Positions 1 to 10,365 are shown, numbered from the stretch's first letter. The stretch: DNA of 64,000 nt from Sedimentisphaerales bacterium (GCA_963663805.2 CAXXMR010000014.1:64001-128000), one strand, 5' to 3'. Numbers and translations: made by a program. The notes: generated by a model not told the origin, from the letters alone.

Positions 1-141
1 CTTTACGGGAACTGTCAACTGATTTCGCAAACTGTGGTGGCTGGTGGTCTTATCCGGTCGCTTACGCGGCTCGGTTTTTGTTGGTGGTTTAGTTTGTGGT
101 TGGTTGTTGCACACCTGAGACACACATTGTCCCTGTTCTTG

Positions 142-708
142 TTAGTTGATTTTATTCAGCAGCCAGGCGAAATTTTCGCTGAGTCGCTCCAGGGTTTTGA
201 GTCCTTCCTCATCATGGGCAATATCACCGGGGTCGCGAGCCTGTATCACATTCCAGTAGCTCGAACCAACTGTAACCATATCCATAATCGGAAAAAACAT
301 GGTTAATTGCTGAAAAGTCGCGTTATGGCCGGCACGACGGGCGACGGCGATGGCTGTGCCGACTTTGCGACTGAGGGGATTGCCACAACGCCGGGCAACA
401 TAGCCCAAGCGGTGAATCAGGTTGCAGATCGGGCCGGTGGCATAGCTGAAATATACGGGACTGGCCAGGACAAGGCCGTCAGCAGCGACGATTTTCTCAT
501 ATATCGGCTGAAAATCATCCTTATGGGCCACACACTTATGGGCAGCGGCACAGCCTCCGCAGGCGGTGCAGGGGCCTATTTCAAGGCCTACTAAGGTGAT
601 AAGCTCAGTTTCGATATTGTTTAGGGCGATGCCTTTCAAAACAATCTCACAGGCCTGCTCTGTGTTTCCACCTTTTCGGGGACTTCCGCATACGGCAACT
701 ACTTTCAT
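142..708 (-). CDS. Flavodoxin-family iron-sulfur flavoprotein (NADPH-dependent FMN reductase-like)
   Basis: MKVVAVCGSPRKGGNT FMN-binding start (ATG 708 chosen over ORF-track 813), CTACGGCAAAHKC compact Cys motif, ASPVYF, VARRAGH. Confidence 0.85.
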   Translation of the reverse strand: MKVVAVCGSPRKGGNTEQACEIVLKGIALNNIETELITLVGLEIGPCTACGGCAAAHKCVAHKDDFQPIYEKIVAADGLVLASPVYFSYATGPICNLIHRLGYVARRCGNPLSRKVGTAIAVARRAGHNATFQQLTMFFPIMDMVTVGSSYWNVIQARDPGDIAHDEEGLKTLERLSENFAWLLNKIN

Positions 709-1131
709 GATTCCATACCCTTCTGATAGCATATCAATATTGATAACACGGTTATTTGTAATTGACCGGTGAGGAGCTGGCAAGCCATTTTTGTTGTTAA
801 AAAAATAATTCATAACGTTCTTAAAGAGATAAGTTTATGTTAAAAATTATTTTTGGTCTGTCCTTAAAAGATAAAAATGGCCGATAACTTTCTCATAACG
901 ACAAATAGCAGGTTTATTTGAGGTAAGGGCGGCCCAGTGGCCCTACCAGCACTGAAAATGACATTAAGAAACAAGTAAATATGAGCTTTTTTTACGGTTT
1001 TGGCTGTACAACGGGCGATAGCAATACTATTATTGCCGTTCAGATAGAAACTCGGGTCAAATGACAATGTTGCGACATATTCATAGGCGCAGTCGCGTCG
1101 GTCGCTGAATTGTCCGAAAGAGCAAGGATCT

Positions 1132-1302
1132 ATGTTAGGAATTGAAGACAAATATGTGAGTCTGGCCTATATTTTGTGTTTGGCTAGTGCTCTGCTGTGT
1201 GTGGTCTACGGCTTGGCAAACTGGAATCGCGGCGACGCGGATGTTGATGATGAAGACATTCGCTGGGCTGAGGAAGAGAAAAAAGTCGAACAGGAATTCT
1301 GA
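1132..1302 (+). CDS. Small single-TM symporter accessory protein (56 aa)
   Basis: Hand translation MLGIEDKYVSLAYILCLASALLCVVYGLANWNRGDADVDDEDIRWAEEEKKVEQEF; AAGGA upstream; directly before an SSS gene; below the ORF-track length cutoff. Confidence 0.8.
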   Translation: MLGIEDKYVSLAYILCLASALLCVVYGLANWNRGDADVDDEDIRWAEEEKKVEQEF

Positions 1303-1415
1303 TTCGAAGTTTTCTGTAGATTTCAGATATTGTTCAGGTCTTTAGGGTCATGTTGCGCCTGGTTTGGGTCGGCGCGGTTTCTTTGTAAACGCTTTTCCTT
1401 TTGGAGGACGCTGAT

Positions 1416-3371
1416 ATGATGATAGCGCAAGCTGTCGGTGTAGTTGAGATAATTGTGGTTCTGGTCTATATGATGGTCGTGGCTTATTTAGGCTGGCTGG
1501 GTTATCGCGGGACCAAGACCGACGCCGATTATCTGGTGGCTGGTCGTAAAGTTCACCCTTTTGTGATGGCCCTGAGCTACGGTGCGACTTTTATCAGCAC
1601 CAGTGCTATTGTCGGTTTTGGCGGGGTGGCTGGTCTTTTTGGGATGAGTTTGTTGTGGCTTACCTTCCTGAATATCTTTGTCGGTATCTTTGTTGCGTTC
1701 GTGTTTTTAGGTGGTCCTACTCGTCGGTTGGGTCATCGTCTCGACGCCCATACTTTTCCGGAATTGCTTGGTCGGCGTTTTCAGAGCAGCTTTATGCAGG
1801 TTTTCGCCGGGCTGATTATTTTCTTCTTTATCCCTTTGTATGCGGCGGCGGTTTTGATTGGCGGCTGCGAGTATATTTCCACTCAGTTTGGGATTCCTTA
1901 CGATGCGGCGTTGCTGATTTTCAGTGTTTTGATTGCGGCTTATGTGGTGGTAGGGGGTTTAAAAGGTGTTATGTATACCGATGCCCTACAGGGTTCGATT
2001 ATGTTTGTCGGCATGATTTTTCTGCTGGTCTGGACCTATTCTTTGCTGGGCGGAGTAACCGAAGCACATACCGCTCTGACTGAGATTGGCAATAAACCCA
2101 GTTTGTTCGGCAGTATAGGCTTTAAGGGCTGGACGGCTATGCCGGAATGCGGCTGGGGCGAACCGAAATATGATCTCTGGTGGATTGTAGTCAGTACGAT
2201 TGTATTGGGTGTCGGAATTGGTGTGCTGGCACAGCCTCAGTTGGCGGTGCGGTTTATGACCGTAAAGAGCAAACGCGAACTGAATCGCGCGGTGTTTATC
2301 GGCGGGGTTTTCATTCTGATTATGACGGGGGTAGCTTTTACGGTTGGTTCATTGAGCAACCTGTATTTCCACAACCATGAAAAGATAACCGGCAAAATCA
2401 TTTCCAAAACCGAAGTCGCCTGGGTGGTAGCCAAAAAAGAGCGTGATATTCTCAAGAAAGTTCCCTGCGAACTGTGGCATATCGACTCTACCGGTACCGG
2501 TGAGGTTGACAATACTATCGTGGCTCAGGGTTATGACCTGCTGATTACCAAGGATGGTCCCAAGACTCTCACGGCGGGCCATGGTATCAAGCCCGGCGAA
2601 GGAGAAAAGCTGATTCCCTTCTCGGTACTTATGCCCAAAGCTGAAATCGTTCAGGAGTTGGCAGACGGCAGAGTGGAAATAATGCCGCACGCGACCGCGT
2701 TTACCAGGGCGGTAGTTGGTGGTGGTGAAAACTGGGGTTTCAATCCCGATAGTGTTATTCCCACATTCGTGACTCGTGCCATGCCCAAATGGTTTGGTTT
2801 GTTGTTTTTGCTGACCCTGCTGGCGGCGGCGATGAGTACGCTTTCCAGTCAGTTCCACGCGGTTGGCACCAGTATCGGTCGCGATGTTTATGAGCAGCTG
2901 ACCCAGAAACACGGGACCAGTATCCTGATTACCAGGGTGGGTATTATCATCGGTATTATTATCGCGGTAATTATCAGTCATTATGCTCGTGGTGGCTATA
3001 TTGTCGCTCGGGCGACCGCGATTTTCTTTGGTCTTTGTGCCTCGGCGTTTTTACCGACCTTTTTGGGCGGGTTGTTCTTCAAATGGGTCACTCGTGCCGG
3101 AGCGATTGCCAGTATGGTCGTCGGTTTTCTTATTCCGGCGTTCTGGCTGCTGTTCATTAAGGATAAAGAGGCGCGGGCCCTGGGGATTTGCAACTGGCTG
3201 TTGGGGACCGACGAAAAACCGGTTCACTCTTTGCTGCTGGACCATCCTAACTGGTCGGTGGTTGACCCGGTTGTGATTGCGGTGCCGATAAGTTTTCTGG
3301 TGTTAATCCTGGTCAGCGTTGTCAGCAAAAGGCCTGACGATGGGCATTTGGAAAAATGTTTTAAGAAATAG
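1416..3371 (+). CDS. Sodium:solute symporter (SSS family)
   Basis: DYLVAGR, LSYGATFISTSAIVGFGG, GGLKGVMYTDALQG, QPQLAVRF, LLAAAMSTLSS; GGAGGA at 1403-1408 favours ATG 1416. Confidence 0.92.
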   Translation: MMIAQAVGVVEIIVVLVYMMVVAYLGWLGYRGTKTDADYLVAGRKVHPFVMALSYGATFISTSAIVGFGGVAGLFGMSLLWLTFLNIFVGIFVAFVFLGGPTRRLGHRLDAHTFPELLGRRFQSSFMQVFAGLIIFFFIPLYAAAVLIGGCEYISTQFGIPYDAALLIFSVLIAAYVVVGGLKGVMYTDALQGSIMFVGMIFLLVWTYSLLGGVTEAHTALTEIGNKPSLFGSIGFKGWTAMPECGWGEPKYDLWWIVVSTIVLGVGIGVLAQPQLAVRFMTVKSKRELNRAVFIGGVFILIMTGVAFTVGSLSNLYFHNHEKITGKIISKTEVAWVVAKKERDILKKVPCELWHIDSTGTGEVDNTIVAQGYDLLITKDGPKTLTAGHGIKPGEGEKLIPFSVLMPKAEIVQELADGRVEIMPHATAFTRAVVGGGENWGFNPDSVIPTFVTRAMPKWFGLLFLLTLLAAAMSTLSSQFHAVGTSIGRDVYEQLTQKHGTSILITRVGIIIGIIIAVIISHYARGGYIVARATAIFFGLCASAFLPTFLGGLFFKWVTRAGAIASMVVGFLIPAFWLLFIKDKEARALGICNWLLGTDEKPVHSLLLDHPNWSVVDPVVIAVPISFLVLILVSVVSKRPDDGHLEKCFKK

Positions 3372-3456
3372 TTTCTTTTGTGAATTTTTTTGTTAAACTG
3401 TGGATTATTCGGATGGGGGGTAGTGGTAGTAAAATGTACTATGAAAGGAGCATTGT

Positions 3457-4821
3457 ATGAGATTGTCTGTTTTGTTGAAAATTACCGTGGTGGTGGCCAT
3501 TGTCGGCTTAACTTCGGCCCTGAGTTGGGCTGCTGACGGGGGCGCTTCCGATAGCGGCGTTATTGACGCTATCAAGAACCCCATGCCGGGTCTGACTTTG
3601 AGTTTTGACCAGCGTTTGCGGGAAATCTGGGGTGATAAATTTATCATTCCGGACCGTAGTTCCGCTAACCATGAATATCACTTCCAGAGAATTCGCAGTC
3701 GTCTGGGTGCCAAGTGGAGCATGTTTGAGGACGTCGATGTCAATGCCCGCTTGATTTGGGAGTGGCGTAACTGGTGTAAGCCGGACAGTCGTGATTCTAA
3801 TGTAGAGTTCGACGAAGCGTTGTTCGACACCTTGAATGTCCAGGTTCGCAATGCCTTTGACCTGCCCCTGACCATTACCGCTGGTCGCCAGGACCTGATT
3901 TTTGGTAACGGCTGGCTGATTCTCGACGGCACGCCGCTGGACGGCTCACGTACAATTTTCTTCGATGCGGTTCGTTTCAACTACCAGTTGGATGAAGCAA
4001 CTTCAGTTGATTTGATTTATGTGGACCAGAAGGCAGAAGCCGACGGGACATTCGAACCTATTAACGACCAGGAACGTGGCACCGGCCTTATCGACCAGGA
4101 TGAACGTGGTGCCATTCTTTATGTCAAAAATAATTCCTGGCTGCCGAATACCAAAACAGATGTTTACGCTATCTGGAAACACGAGCTTCCCTGCGATGCC
4201 GGTGTCGGCACTGACGCTCAAATCTATACCTTTGGTGCTCGCGTTGATTCGTCTTTGAGCGAACAGCTCAAGGGCCGTGCCGAATTTGCTCAGCAGTTGG
4301 GTGAATATGGCGATAGTTCCGGTATTTGTGCGTTCGGTTTCAACAGTCGCCTGACATACCTGCTCAAAGATTCATGGGACAGTCAACTGCGTTTCAACTA
4401 TGAATTCCTCAGTGGTGACGATCCGGATACTGCCAAGAACGAGCAGTTCAACAGTCTTTGGGGACGCTGGCCTCAGTTCAGCGAGTTGTATGTTTATACT
4501 TATCTGCCGGAAAGTCGTATCGGTGACGTAACCAATCTGCACCGCGTAGGCGGCGGATGGACGGGTCATCCGACCGAGAAGATAGAGCTTTGTGCCGACT
4601 ATCATCTGCTTTACGCCGATGAAAATACTGTCGAAAATCGGGCTGCCTACAGCAGTGGTCATTTTCGCGGTCAGTTAATCACCGCCATGATGAAATACAA
4701 AATCAACAAGCACCTCAGCGGTCATTTTCTGGCCGAGAGTTTTCTGCCGGGCGGCTATTACGAGGAAGATACTCAGGATCCGGCGTACTTCCTGCGTTAT
4801 GAGTTGATGATAACCTTCTAA
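3457..4821 (+). CDS. Outer-membrane beta-barrel, alginate-export-family-like porin
   Basis: Signal peptide, AGRQDLIFGNGWLI, FFDAVRF, YEFLSGDD, C-terminal Phe (YELMITF). Confidence 0.75.
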   Translation: MRLSVLLKITVVVAIVGLTSALSWAADGGASDSGVIDAIKNPMPGLTLSFDQRLREIWGDKFIIPDRSSANHEYHFQRIRSRLGAKWSMFEDVDVNARLIWEWRNWCKPDSRDSNVEFDEALFDTLNVQVRNAFDLPLTITAGRQDLIFGNGWLILDGTPLDGSRTIFFDAVRFNYQLDEATSVDLIYVDQKAEADGTFEPINDQERGTGLIDQDERGAILYVKNNSWLPNTKTDVYAIWKHELPCDAGVGTDAQIYTFGARVDSSLSEQLKGRAEFAQQLGEYGDSSGICAFGFNSRLTYLLKDSWDSQLRFNYEFLSGDDPDTAKNEQFNSLWGRWPQFSELYVYTYLPESRIGDVTNLHRVGGGWTGHPTEKIELCADYHLLYADENTVENRAAYSSGHFRGQLITAMMKYKINKHLSGHFLAESFLPGGYYEEDTQDPAYFLRYELMITF

Positions 4822-4847
4822 GACCGGCATAGGTCTTTTGTATGACT

Positions 4848-4904
4848 GCCGGCCCGACAGCTCAGTTGTTCCATTCAGGCAACTGTACTGTCGGGTCGGC
4901 TTTT
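4848..4904 (+). terminator. Long hairpin followed by T-run after the porin gene
   Basis: gccggcccgacag..cagttg / caactg..ctgtcgggtcggc then tttt. Confidence 0.6.
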
Positions 4905-5028
4905 GTATGCGCCAATATTGGTAAAACTTGATTTTCGGGCGATTTTACGTTAAATTACTGAACCTGTCTTTTGCTAAGGCGGGAATGTTGCTGGCGATTG
5001 GTAATTTTATGTAAAATCAGGAATAATA

Positions 5029-6624
5029 ATGACTAACGATGCTCGCTTACTTCTTAGCGGTAACGAGGCAATTGCCTTGGCCGCTCGTGACTCCGCGGTA
5101 ATGCTCGGTACTGGCTATCCCGGTACCCCTTCCACGGAAATTTTGGAAAACTTCTCCAAACTTGGCGGCAAGGCTCAATGGACTCCCAATGAGAAAGTTG
5201 CTTTGGAAGTGGGGCTTGGCTCGGCATTTGCGGGGGGGCGAACTTTGGTGACGATGAAACATGTAGGGGTGAATGTTGCCGCCGACCCGCTTTTTACGGC
5301 GGCTTATACCGGTGTTAAAGGAGGGCTTGTTTTAGTGTGTGCCGATGACCCTGGTATGGCCTCCAGTCAGAACGAGCAGGACAGCCGTAATTACGCTCGC
5401 GCCGCTGGGGTGATAATGATCGAGCCTTCTGATTCTCAGGAAGCCTATGATATGATGAGGGCCAGTCTGGAGATTTCCGAGAAATTTCAGGTGGTTGTTA
5501 TGCTGCGGGTGACGACCCGAATCTGTCATTCTAAAACTATTGTCAAGCCTGCGGCGAAACAGCACCCGATGCCGACAAGTTTTGAACGGGATATCCAAAA
5601 TCGCGTGATGGTTCCGGCTTTCGCTCGTCCAGCCCATCGTAAATTACGTAAGATTCTTGCCGAAGCTCAGGCGTACAACGAAACATCGAATCTTAACAAG
5701 GTTATCAAAGGTGATAAATCGTTAGGTATCATCGCGTCGGGTATTTCTTATGTCCATGCCCGCGAAGCCGCGACTAATGCCAGCTTCCTCAAACTGGGCA
5801 TGACCTATCCGCTGCCCATGAAGCAGATAGCCGATTTCGTTAGTAGTGTTGACCGTTGTCTGGTAATCGAAGAAGGCGACCCGATACTGGTTAATGATTT
5901 GCGGGCGGCCGGCCTTGATGTCGAAGGTAAAGACCAGATGTATCGTTTTGGCGAACTCACTGTCGGTCGGGTACTGCGAATCATCCAGAACGATACTTCG
6001 CTGGAAGAAGCTGCTCCCAAGGGCAAGCCGCCGCAATTATGTGTTGGCTGTCCCCATCGTAAAGTTTTTGAAACTTTGCGTGACCAGAAATGTATTGTTG
6101 CCGGCGACATCGGTTGTTATACCCTTGGCGTACTGCCGCCCTTTAACGCGATGGATACTTGTGTTTGCATGGGTGCCAGTATTGGTGTAGGGTTAGGTTT
6201 GCGGCATGTTCTTCCTGAAGACCAGGCCCGGCGGGTTGTTAGTGTAATTGGCGACAGCACCTTTGTACACAGCGGCATTACCGGTCTGGTCGAGATGGTT
6301 TACAACACTCCGGCAACCGGTCATGTTGTGCTTATTCTTGACAACAGCACCACGGCGATGACGGGTTTACAGGAGCATCCCGGCACCGGTCGTACTCTGG
6401 ACCATCAGCCCACGAATCAGATTGTGTTTGAGGATTTGGCCCGTTCGCTGGGCATTAAGAATGTTCAGGTAATCGACGCGGTCAAGGAAACAGAACAATT
6501 TAGTAAAATTCTCACTGATAGCCTCGCTGGGAATGAGCCTACAGTTATCATTACGCGTCGGCCCTGCATTTTAGCCGCTGGAAAGATTAAACAGTATCAA
6601 CAGGCCTGCCAAGGAGAAGTATAA
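5029..6624 (+). CDS. iorA: Indolepyruvate:ferredoxin oxidoreductase alpha subunit
   Basis: LLSGNEAIA, GYPGTPSTEI, NEKVALE, MKHVGVNVAADP, SSQNEQD, LCVGCPHR, GDIGCY, GDSTFVHSG (TPP). No C-terminal ferredoxin domain. Confidence 0.93.
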   Translation: MTNDARLLLSGNEAIALAARDSAVMLGTGYPGTPSTEILENFSKLGGKAQWTPNEKVALEVGLGSAFAGGRTLVTMKHVGVNVAADPLFTAAYTGVKGGLVLVCADDPGMASSQNEQDSRNYARAAGVIMIEPSDSQEAYDMMRASLEISEKFQVVVMLRVTTRICHSKTIVKPAAKQHPMPTSFERDIQNRVMVPAFARPAHRKLRKILAEAQAYNETSNLNKVIKGDKSLGIIASGISYVHAREAATNASFLKLGMTYPLPMKQIADFVSSVDRCLVIEEGDPILVNDLRAAGLDVEGKDQMYRFGELTVGRVLRIIQNDTSLEEAAPKGKPPQLCVGCPHRKVFETLRDQKCIVAGDIGCYTLGVLPPFNAMDTCVCMGASIGVGLGLRHVLPEDQARRVVSVIGDSTFVHSGITGLVEMVYNTPATGHVVLILDNSTTAMTGLQEHPGTGRTLDHQPTNQIVFEDLARSLGIKNVQVIDAVKETEQFSKILTDSLAGNEPTVIITRRPCILAAGKIKQYQQACQGEV

Positions 6625-6625
6625 C

Positions 6626-7105
6626 ATGTCAAAAGTTACTAATGTAATCATCGCCGGCCTGGGTGGTCAAGGCGTATTGAAGGCCTCGGATATTTTGGCA
6701 GAGGTTGTTTTTCGGGCGGGGCGGGATGTGAAAAAAAGTGAAGTACACGGCATGAGTCAGCGCGGCGGTTCGGTGAACAGCGGTGTGCGGTTCGGCGAGA
6801 ACGTTCTCAGCCCCATGGTCCCGGAAGGTCAGGCTGACTATCTCGTGGTTCTGGCTGAAGATCAAGTTGAAAACAATCGCCATACTCTTTCGAGTGAGGG
6901 TGTATTGCTGGAGCCGGGAATTATTGACGCTGACAAGCTCCAGAGCAAAAAAAGCCTTAATGTCGCTATGTTGGGTGCCCTGAGTATTTACCTTGACGTA
7001 GATAAGTCTGTCTGGCTGGAAACCATTCACGACAATCTCACCGAGAAGCTTCACGCGATGAATGACGAAGCGTTTGAGATGGGGCGTCAGGCAGCGAAAA
7101 AATAG
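6626..7105 (+). CDS. iorB: Indolepyruvate oxidoreductase beta subunit
   Basis: AGLGGQGV, SEVHGMSQRGGSV, NVAMLGAL; follows iorA. Confidence 0.92.
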   Translation: MSKVTNVIIAGLGGQGVLKASDILAEVVFRAGRDVKKSEVHGMSQRGGSVNSGVRFGENVLSPMVPEGQADYLVVLAEDQVENNRHTLSSEGVLLEPGIIDADKLQSKKSLNVAMLGALSIYLDVDKSVWLETIHDNLTEKLHAMNDEAFEMGRQAAKK

Positions 7106-7142
7106 TGACATTTTATCAACAAGAAAAAAGGGAGTCGCGGTT

Positions 7143-8474
7143 ATGACAAAAAAATCATGTTGTTGCGGTAACAGCTTCCATCCTGTAAGCGCGATGGATT
7201 TTCTTCCGATACCCCAGTTGCGGCAGGTTCAGTTGGCCCGTTTGCAGCGGATTGTCGGGCGGGCTTATGAACATGTTCGCCTGTTCCGGGAGCGAATGGA
7301 TGAGCGTAAACTCAAACCTTCAGACATTAAAGCCCTGGCGGATATTGCCAAGATGCCCTTTACGGTCAAGACGGATTTGAGGGACACTTATCCGTTCGGT
7401 CTCTTTGCCAGTCCCATGCAGGAAATCGTTCGTCTGCACGCTTCCAGCGGTACCACCGGCAAGCCCATCGTCGTGGCCTATACTCGCGCGGATGTGGATG
7501 TCTGGTCTTCCGTGATGATGCGTACCTTCGTTGCCTGCGGACTGCATAAAGGCGATATTATTCAGAACTCCTATGGTTACGGTTTGTTCACCGGTGGGCT
7601 GGGCGCCCATTATGGTGCCGAAACCCTGGGGGCGACGGTTATTCCCACCTCCGGCGGCAACACCGAAAGACAAATCATGGTACTCAAGGATTTTGGTGTG
7701 ACCGCTATTTGCTGCACACCCAGTTATTTTATCCACCTTATCGAACGGGCTGGTGAAATGGGCATCAATATGAAAGACCTGCCCCTGCGCGCGGGGATTT
7801 TCGGCGCCGAACCCTGGACCGAAACCATGCGTAAATGGGTTGAGCAGCAGACTAACATTAGGGGTTACGATATTTACGGCCTGTCCGAAATCATCGGCCC
7901 CGGCGTTGCCAGTGAATGTTCCGCTCAGTCCGGCCTGCATGTTTTCGAGGACCATTTCTATCCCGAAATTATCGACCCCGAAACCGGCGAACCTCTGCCC
8001 GACGGCAGCGAAGGTGAACTTGTCCTGACCACGCTCAGCAAAGACGCTATGCCCATGATTCGCTATCGCACCCGTGACATCACCCAGCTGGTCACTGAGA
8101 CTTGCTCTTGCGGCAGGACTATTCGCAAAATCAAACGCATTGGCCGACGCAGCGACGACATGTTCATCATCCGCGGCGTGAATGTATTCCCGTCGCAAAT
8201 CGAAGAAGCCCTGCTCGTGGTCGAAGGCACGCTGCCGCATTACCAGATTATCCTGACCCGCACCAGCGGTCTGGACCAGATGGAGATACAGGTCGAAGTT
8301 ACCGCTGAATTTTTCAGCGATAAGGTGCGGGCCCTTGAGGAACTTCAGGCCAAGCTCAGCAAATCTATCGAACACACCCTGGGCATCAGAGCCCTGGTGC
8401 GACTGGTCGAGCCCCACACCATCAAACGCAGTGAAGGCAAGGCCAAGAGAGTGATTGATAACCGTCAAATGTAA
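7143..8474 (+). CDS. paaK: Phenylacetate-CoA ligase family protein (copy 1)
   Basis: RLHASSGTTGKP, YGYGLFTGGLG, YGLSEIIGPGV, RYRTRD, GRRSDDMFIIRGVNVFPSQ, GKAKRVID; GGAG at 7131 supports ATG 7143. Confidence 0.92.
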   Translation: MTKKSCCCGNSFHPVSAMDFLPIPQLRQVQLARLQRIVGRAYEHVRLFRERMDERKLKPSDIKALADIAKMPFTVKTDLRDTYPFGLFASPMQEIVRLHASSGTTGKPIVVAYTRADVDVWSSVMMRTFVACGLHKGDIIQNSYGYGLFTGGLGAHYGAETLGATVIPTSGGNTERQIMVLKDFGVTAICCTPSYFIHLIERAGEMGINMKDLPLRAGIFGAEPWTETMRKWVEQQTNIRGYDIYGLSEIIGPGVASECSAQSGLHVFEDHFYPEIIDPETGEPLPDGSEGELVLTTLSKDAMPMIRYRTRDITQLVTETCSCGRTIRKIKRIGRRSDDMFIIRGVNVFPSQIEEALLVVEGTLPHYQIILTRTSGLDQMEIQVEVTAEFFSDKVRALEELQAKLSKSIEHTLGIRALVRLVEPHTIKRSEGKAKRVIDNRQM

Positions 8475-8514
8475 ACCGCCTCACGCGGCATAATAAGCAG
8501 AAAGGAATTTTGCG

Positions 8515-8958
8515 ATGAAACTTAACCAACTGTCAGTTTTCCTGGAAAACAAACGCGGCGGCCTGAGTGAACCTTGTCGAATACTTGCCGAGGCGGGAAT
8601 CAATATTCTTACCCTTTCGTTGGCTGATACCGAACAATTTGGTATTTTGCGACTGGTCGTCCGTGACTGGGAAAACGCCAAAGCCTCGCTCGAAAAAGCT
8701 GGTTGTGTTGTTAATCTCACCGAGGTTATCGCTATTGAAGTTGACGACCAGCCCGGCGGTTTGGCCAGACTGCTCGAAAAAATCGAGAAGGTTGGTATTA
8801 ACGTTGAATATATGTATGCTTTTACTTTCCGGCGCGACGAAAAAGCGGTTATGGTCTTCCGCTTTGAAGACCCCGACGGAGCAGCCCGCGTTCTCCAGGC
8901 TGAAGATGTGAACCTGGTCGATGCCGTGGAATTCTTCCAGCGTATCGAAAATAAGTAA
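8515..8958 (+). CDS. Tandem ACT-domain protein
   Basis: QLSVFLENKRG, LADTEQFGILRLVV, DQPGGL, INVEYMYAF; usual paaK neighbour. Confidence 0.9.
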   Translation: MKLNQLSVFLENKRGGLSEPCRILAEAGINILTLSLADTEQFGILRLVVRDWENAKASLEKAGCVVNLTEVIAIEVDDQPGGLARLLEKIEKVGINVEYMYAFTFRRDEKAVMVFRFEDPDGAARVLQAEDVNLVDAVEFFQRIENK

Positions 8959-9034
8959 CTGATAACAGTATTAAAAATTCCTGACCGCTTAACAGGATTA
9001 AGCGTATCGGGAGCAGTGTCTTTATGGTGAGATA

Positions 9035-10363
9035 ATGAGTGAATTCGCTTTTGAAAATCGTATTTGGGACAAAGCCGAAACCTTGCCGCGAGCGGAACTG
9101 GAAAAACTTCAAGCCGAGCGGCTGCGTCAATGTGTCGGGCATGTCGGGCATGTTCCTTTCTACCAGGAAGCTTTTGGCAAGACGGGAATCACTCCTGATA
9201 CCATAAAGACCGTTGATGATGTGCGTCGCCTGCCCTTCACTACCAAAGAAGATTTGCGTCTTCATTATCCGCTGGGTTTTCTGGCGGTCGAACGTAAAGA
9301 TGTTGTTCGTATTCACGGTTCTTCGGGCACTACCGGCAAGCCCACTTTTGTCGCGTATACCGACCAGGACCGTGACCTTTGGGCTAATCTCTGTGCCCGT
9401 TTTCTCACTGCCGGCGGGCTTCGTCCCGAACATCTGGTTCATATCGCGTTTGGCTATGGATTGTTCACCGGCGGTTTCGGTTTGCATTACGGTGTCGAAA
9501 AAGTCGGGGCCGCTATTTTGCCAGCAGCTTCCGGCAACACCGCCCGCCAGATAATGCTCTTGCAGGATTTAGCCGCGGACGTACTGGTTTGCACCCCAAG
9601 CTACGCTCTGCAAATTGCCGAGGTTGCTCATGCTCAGGGTGTGGACCCGCGCAGCCTGCATCTGAAGTTTGCCCATTTCGGTGGCGAGCCCTGGACCGAA
9701 GACATGCGCATTCAAATCGAAAATGAACTCAACGTCATGGCCTTTAATAATTATGGCCTTAGTGAAGTAATCGGTCCCGGTGTCAGCGGTGAGTGTGTTG
9801 TTCGCGATGGTATGCACATTCAGGAAGACCATTTCATTGTTGAGTGTATCAACCCCGAAACTCTTGAGCCGGTCGCCCCCGGTGAACAAGGCGAACTGGT
9901 TTTCACTGCCGTTACCAAGCAGGCCATGCCGATTATTCGTTATCGCACCCGCGACATCGCTACTCTCAATTATGAAACCTGTAAATGCGGCAGAACCACC
10001 GTGCGTATGAGTCGGGTTGTGGGTCGCACCGACGATATGCTGATTATTCGCGGGGTAAATGTTTTTCCGTCACAGGTCGAGGAGGCTCTGTTGCGTGTGG
10101 AAGGCACCGCCCCGCATTATCTTATCGAAGTTGACCGGCCCGGCACGCTGGACGAAGTTACTGTTCATGTCGAAATGCGTCCCCAGGATTTCTCCGACCG
10201 CATGAGCCAGGTCCAGGCCCTGAGAGAAAAAATCGACCGGGCTATACATTCCGTCACCGGCATTCGCATGAGAGTCAATCTGGTCGAACCGCAAAGTCTG
10301 GAACGCTCGGCAGGCAAGGCCAAAAGGGTAATTGACCATCGCCGCGAAAAAGGGCAGATTTAA
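9035..10363 (+). CDS. paaK: Phenylacetate-CoA ligase family protein (copy 2)
   Basis: RIHGSSGTTGKP, FGYGLFTGGFG, YGLSEVIGPGV, GRTDDMLIIRGVNVFPSQ. Confidence 0.92.
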   Translation: MSEFAFENRIWDKAETLPRAELEKLQAERLRQCVGHVGHVPFYQEAFGKTGITPDTIKTVDDVRRLPFTTKEDLRLHYPLGFLAVERKDVVRIHGSSGTTGKPTFVAYTDQDRDLWANLCARFLTAGGLRPEHLVHIAFGYGLFTGGFGLHYGVEKVGAAILPAASGNTARQIMLLQDLAADVLVCTPSYALQIAEVAHAQGVDPRSLHLKFAHFGGEPWTEDMRIQIENELNVMAFNNYGLSEVIGPGVSGECVVRDGMHIQEDHFIVECINPETLEPVAPGEQGELVFTAVTKQAMPIIRYRTRDIATLNYETCKCGRTTVRMSRVVGRTDDMLIIRGVNVFPSQVEEALLRVEGTAPHYLIEVDRPGTLDEVTVHVEMRPQDFSDRMSQVQALREKIDRAIHSVTGIRMRVNLVEPQSLERSAGKAKRVIDHRREKGQI

Positions 10364-10365
10364 TC

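Noticed and set aside
818..845. dif-like site (TTATGTTAAA XerD-type arm at 835-844)
   Set aside because: The would-be XerC arm 6 bp away (ttcttaaagag) does not resemble the consensus, and the region is AT-rich.
7320..8468. 382-aa antisense ORF, and the many other ORFs overlapping called genes
   Set aside because: Shadow frames of well-supported genes with no recognisable motifs.
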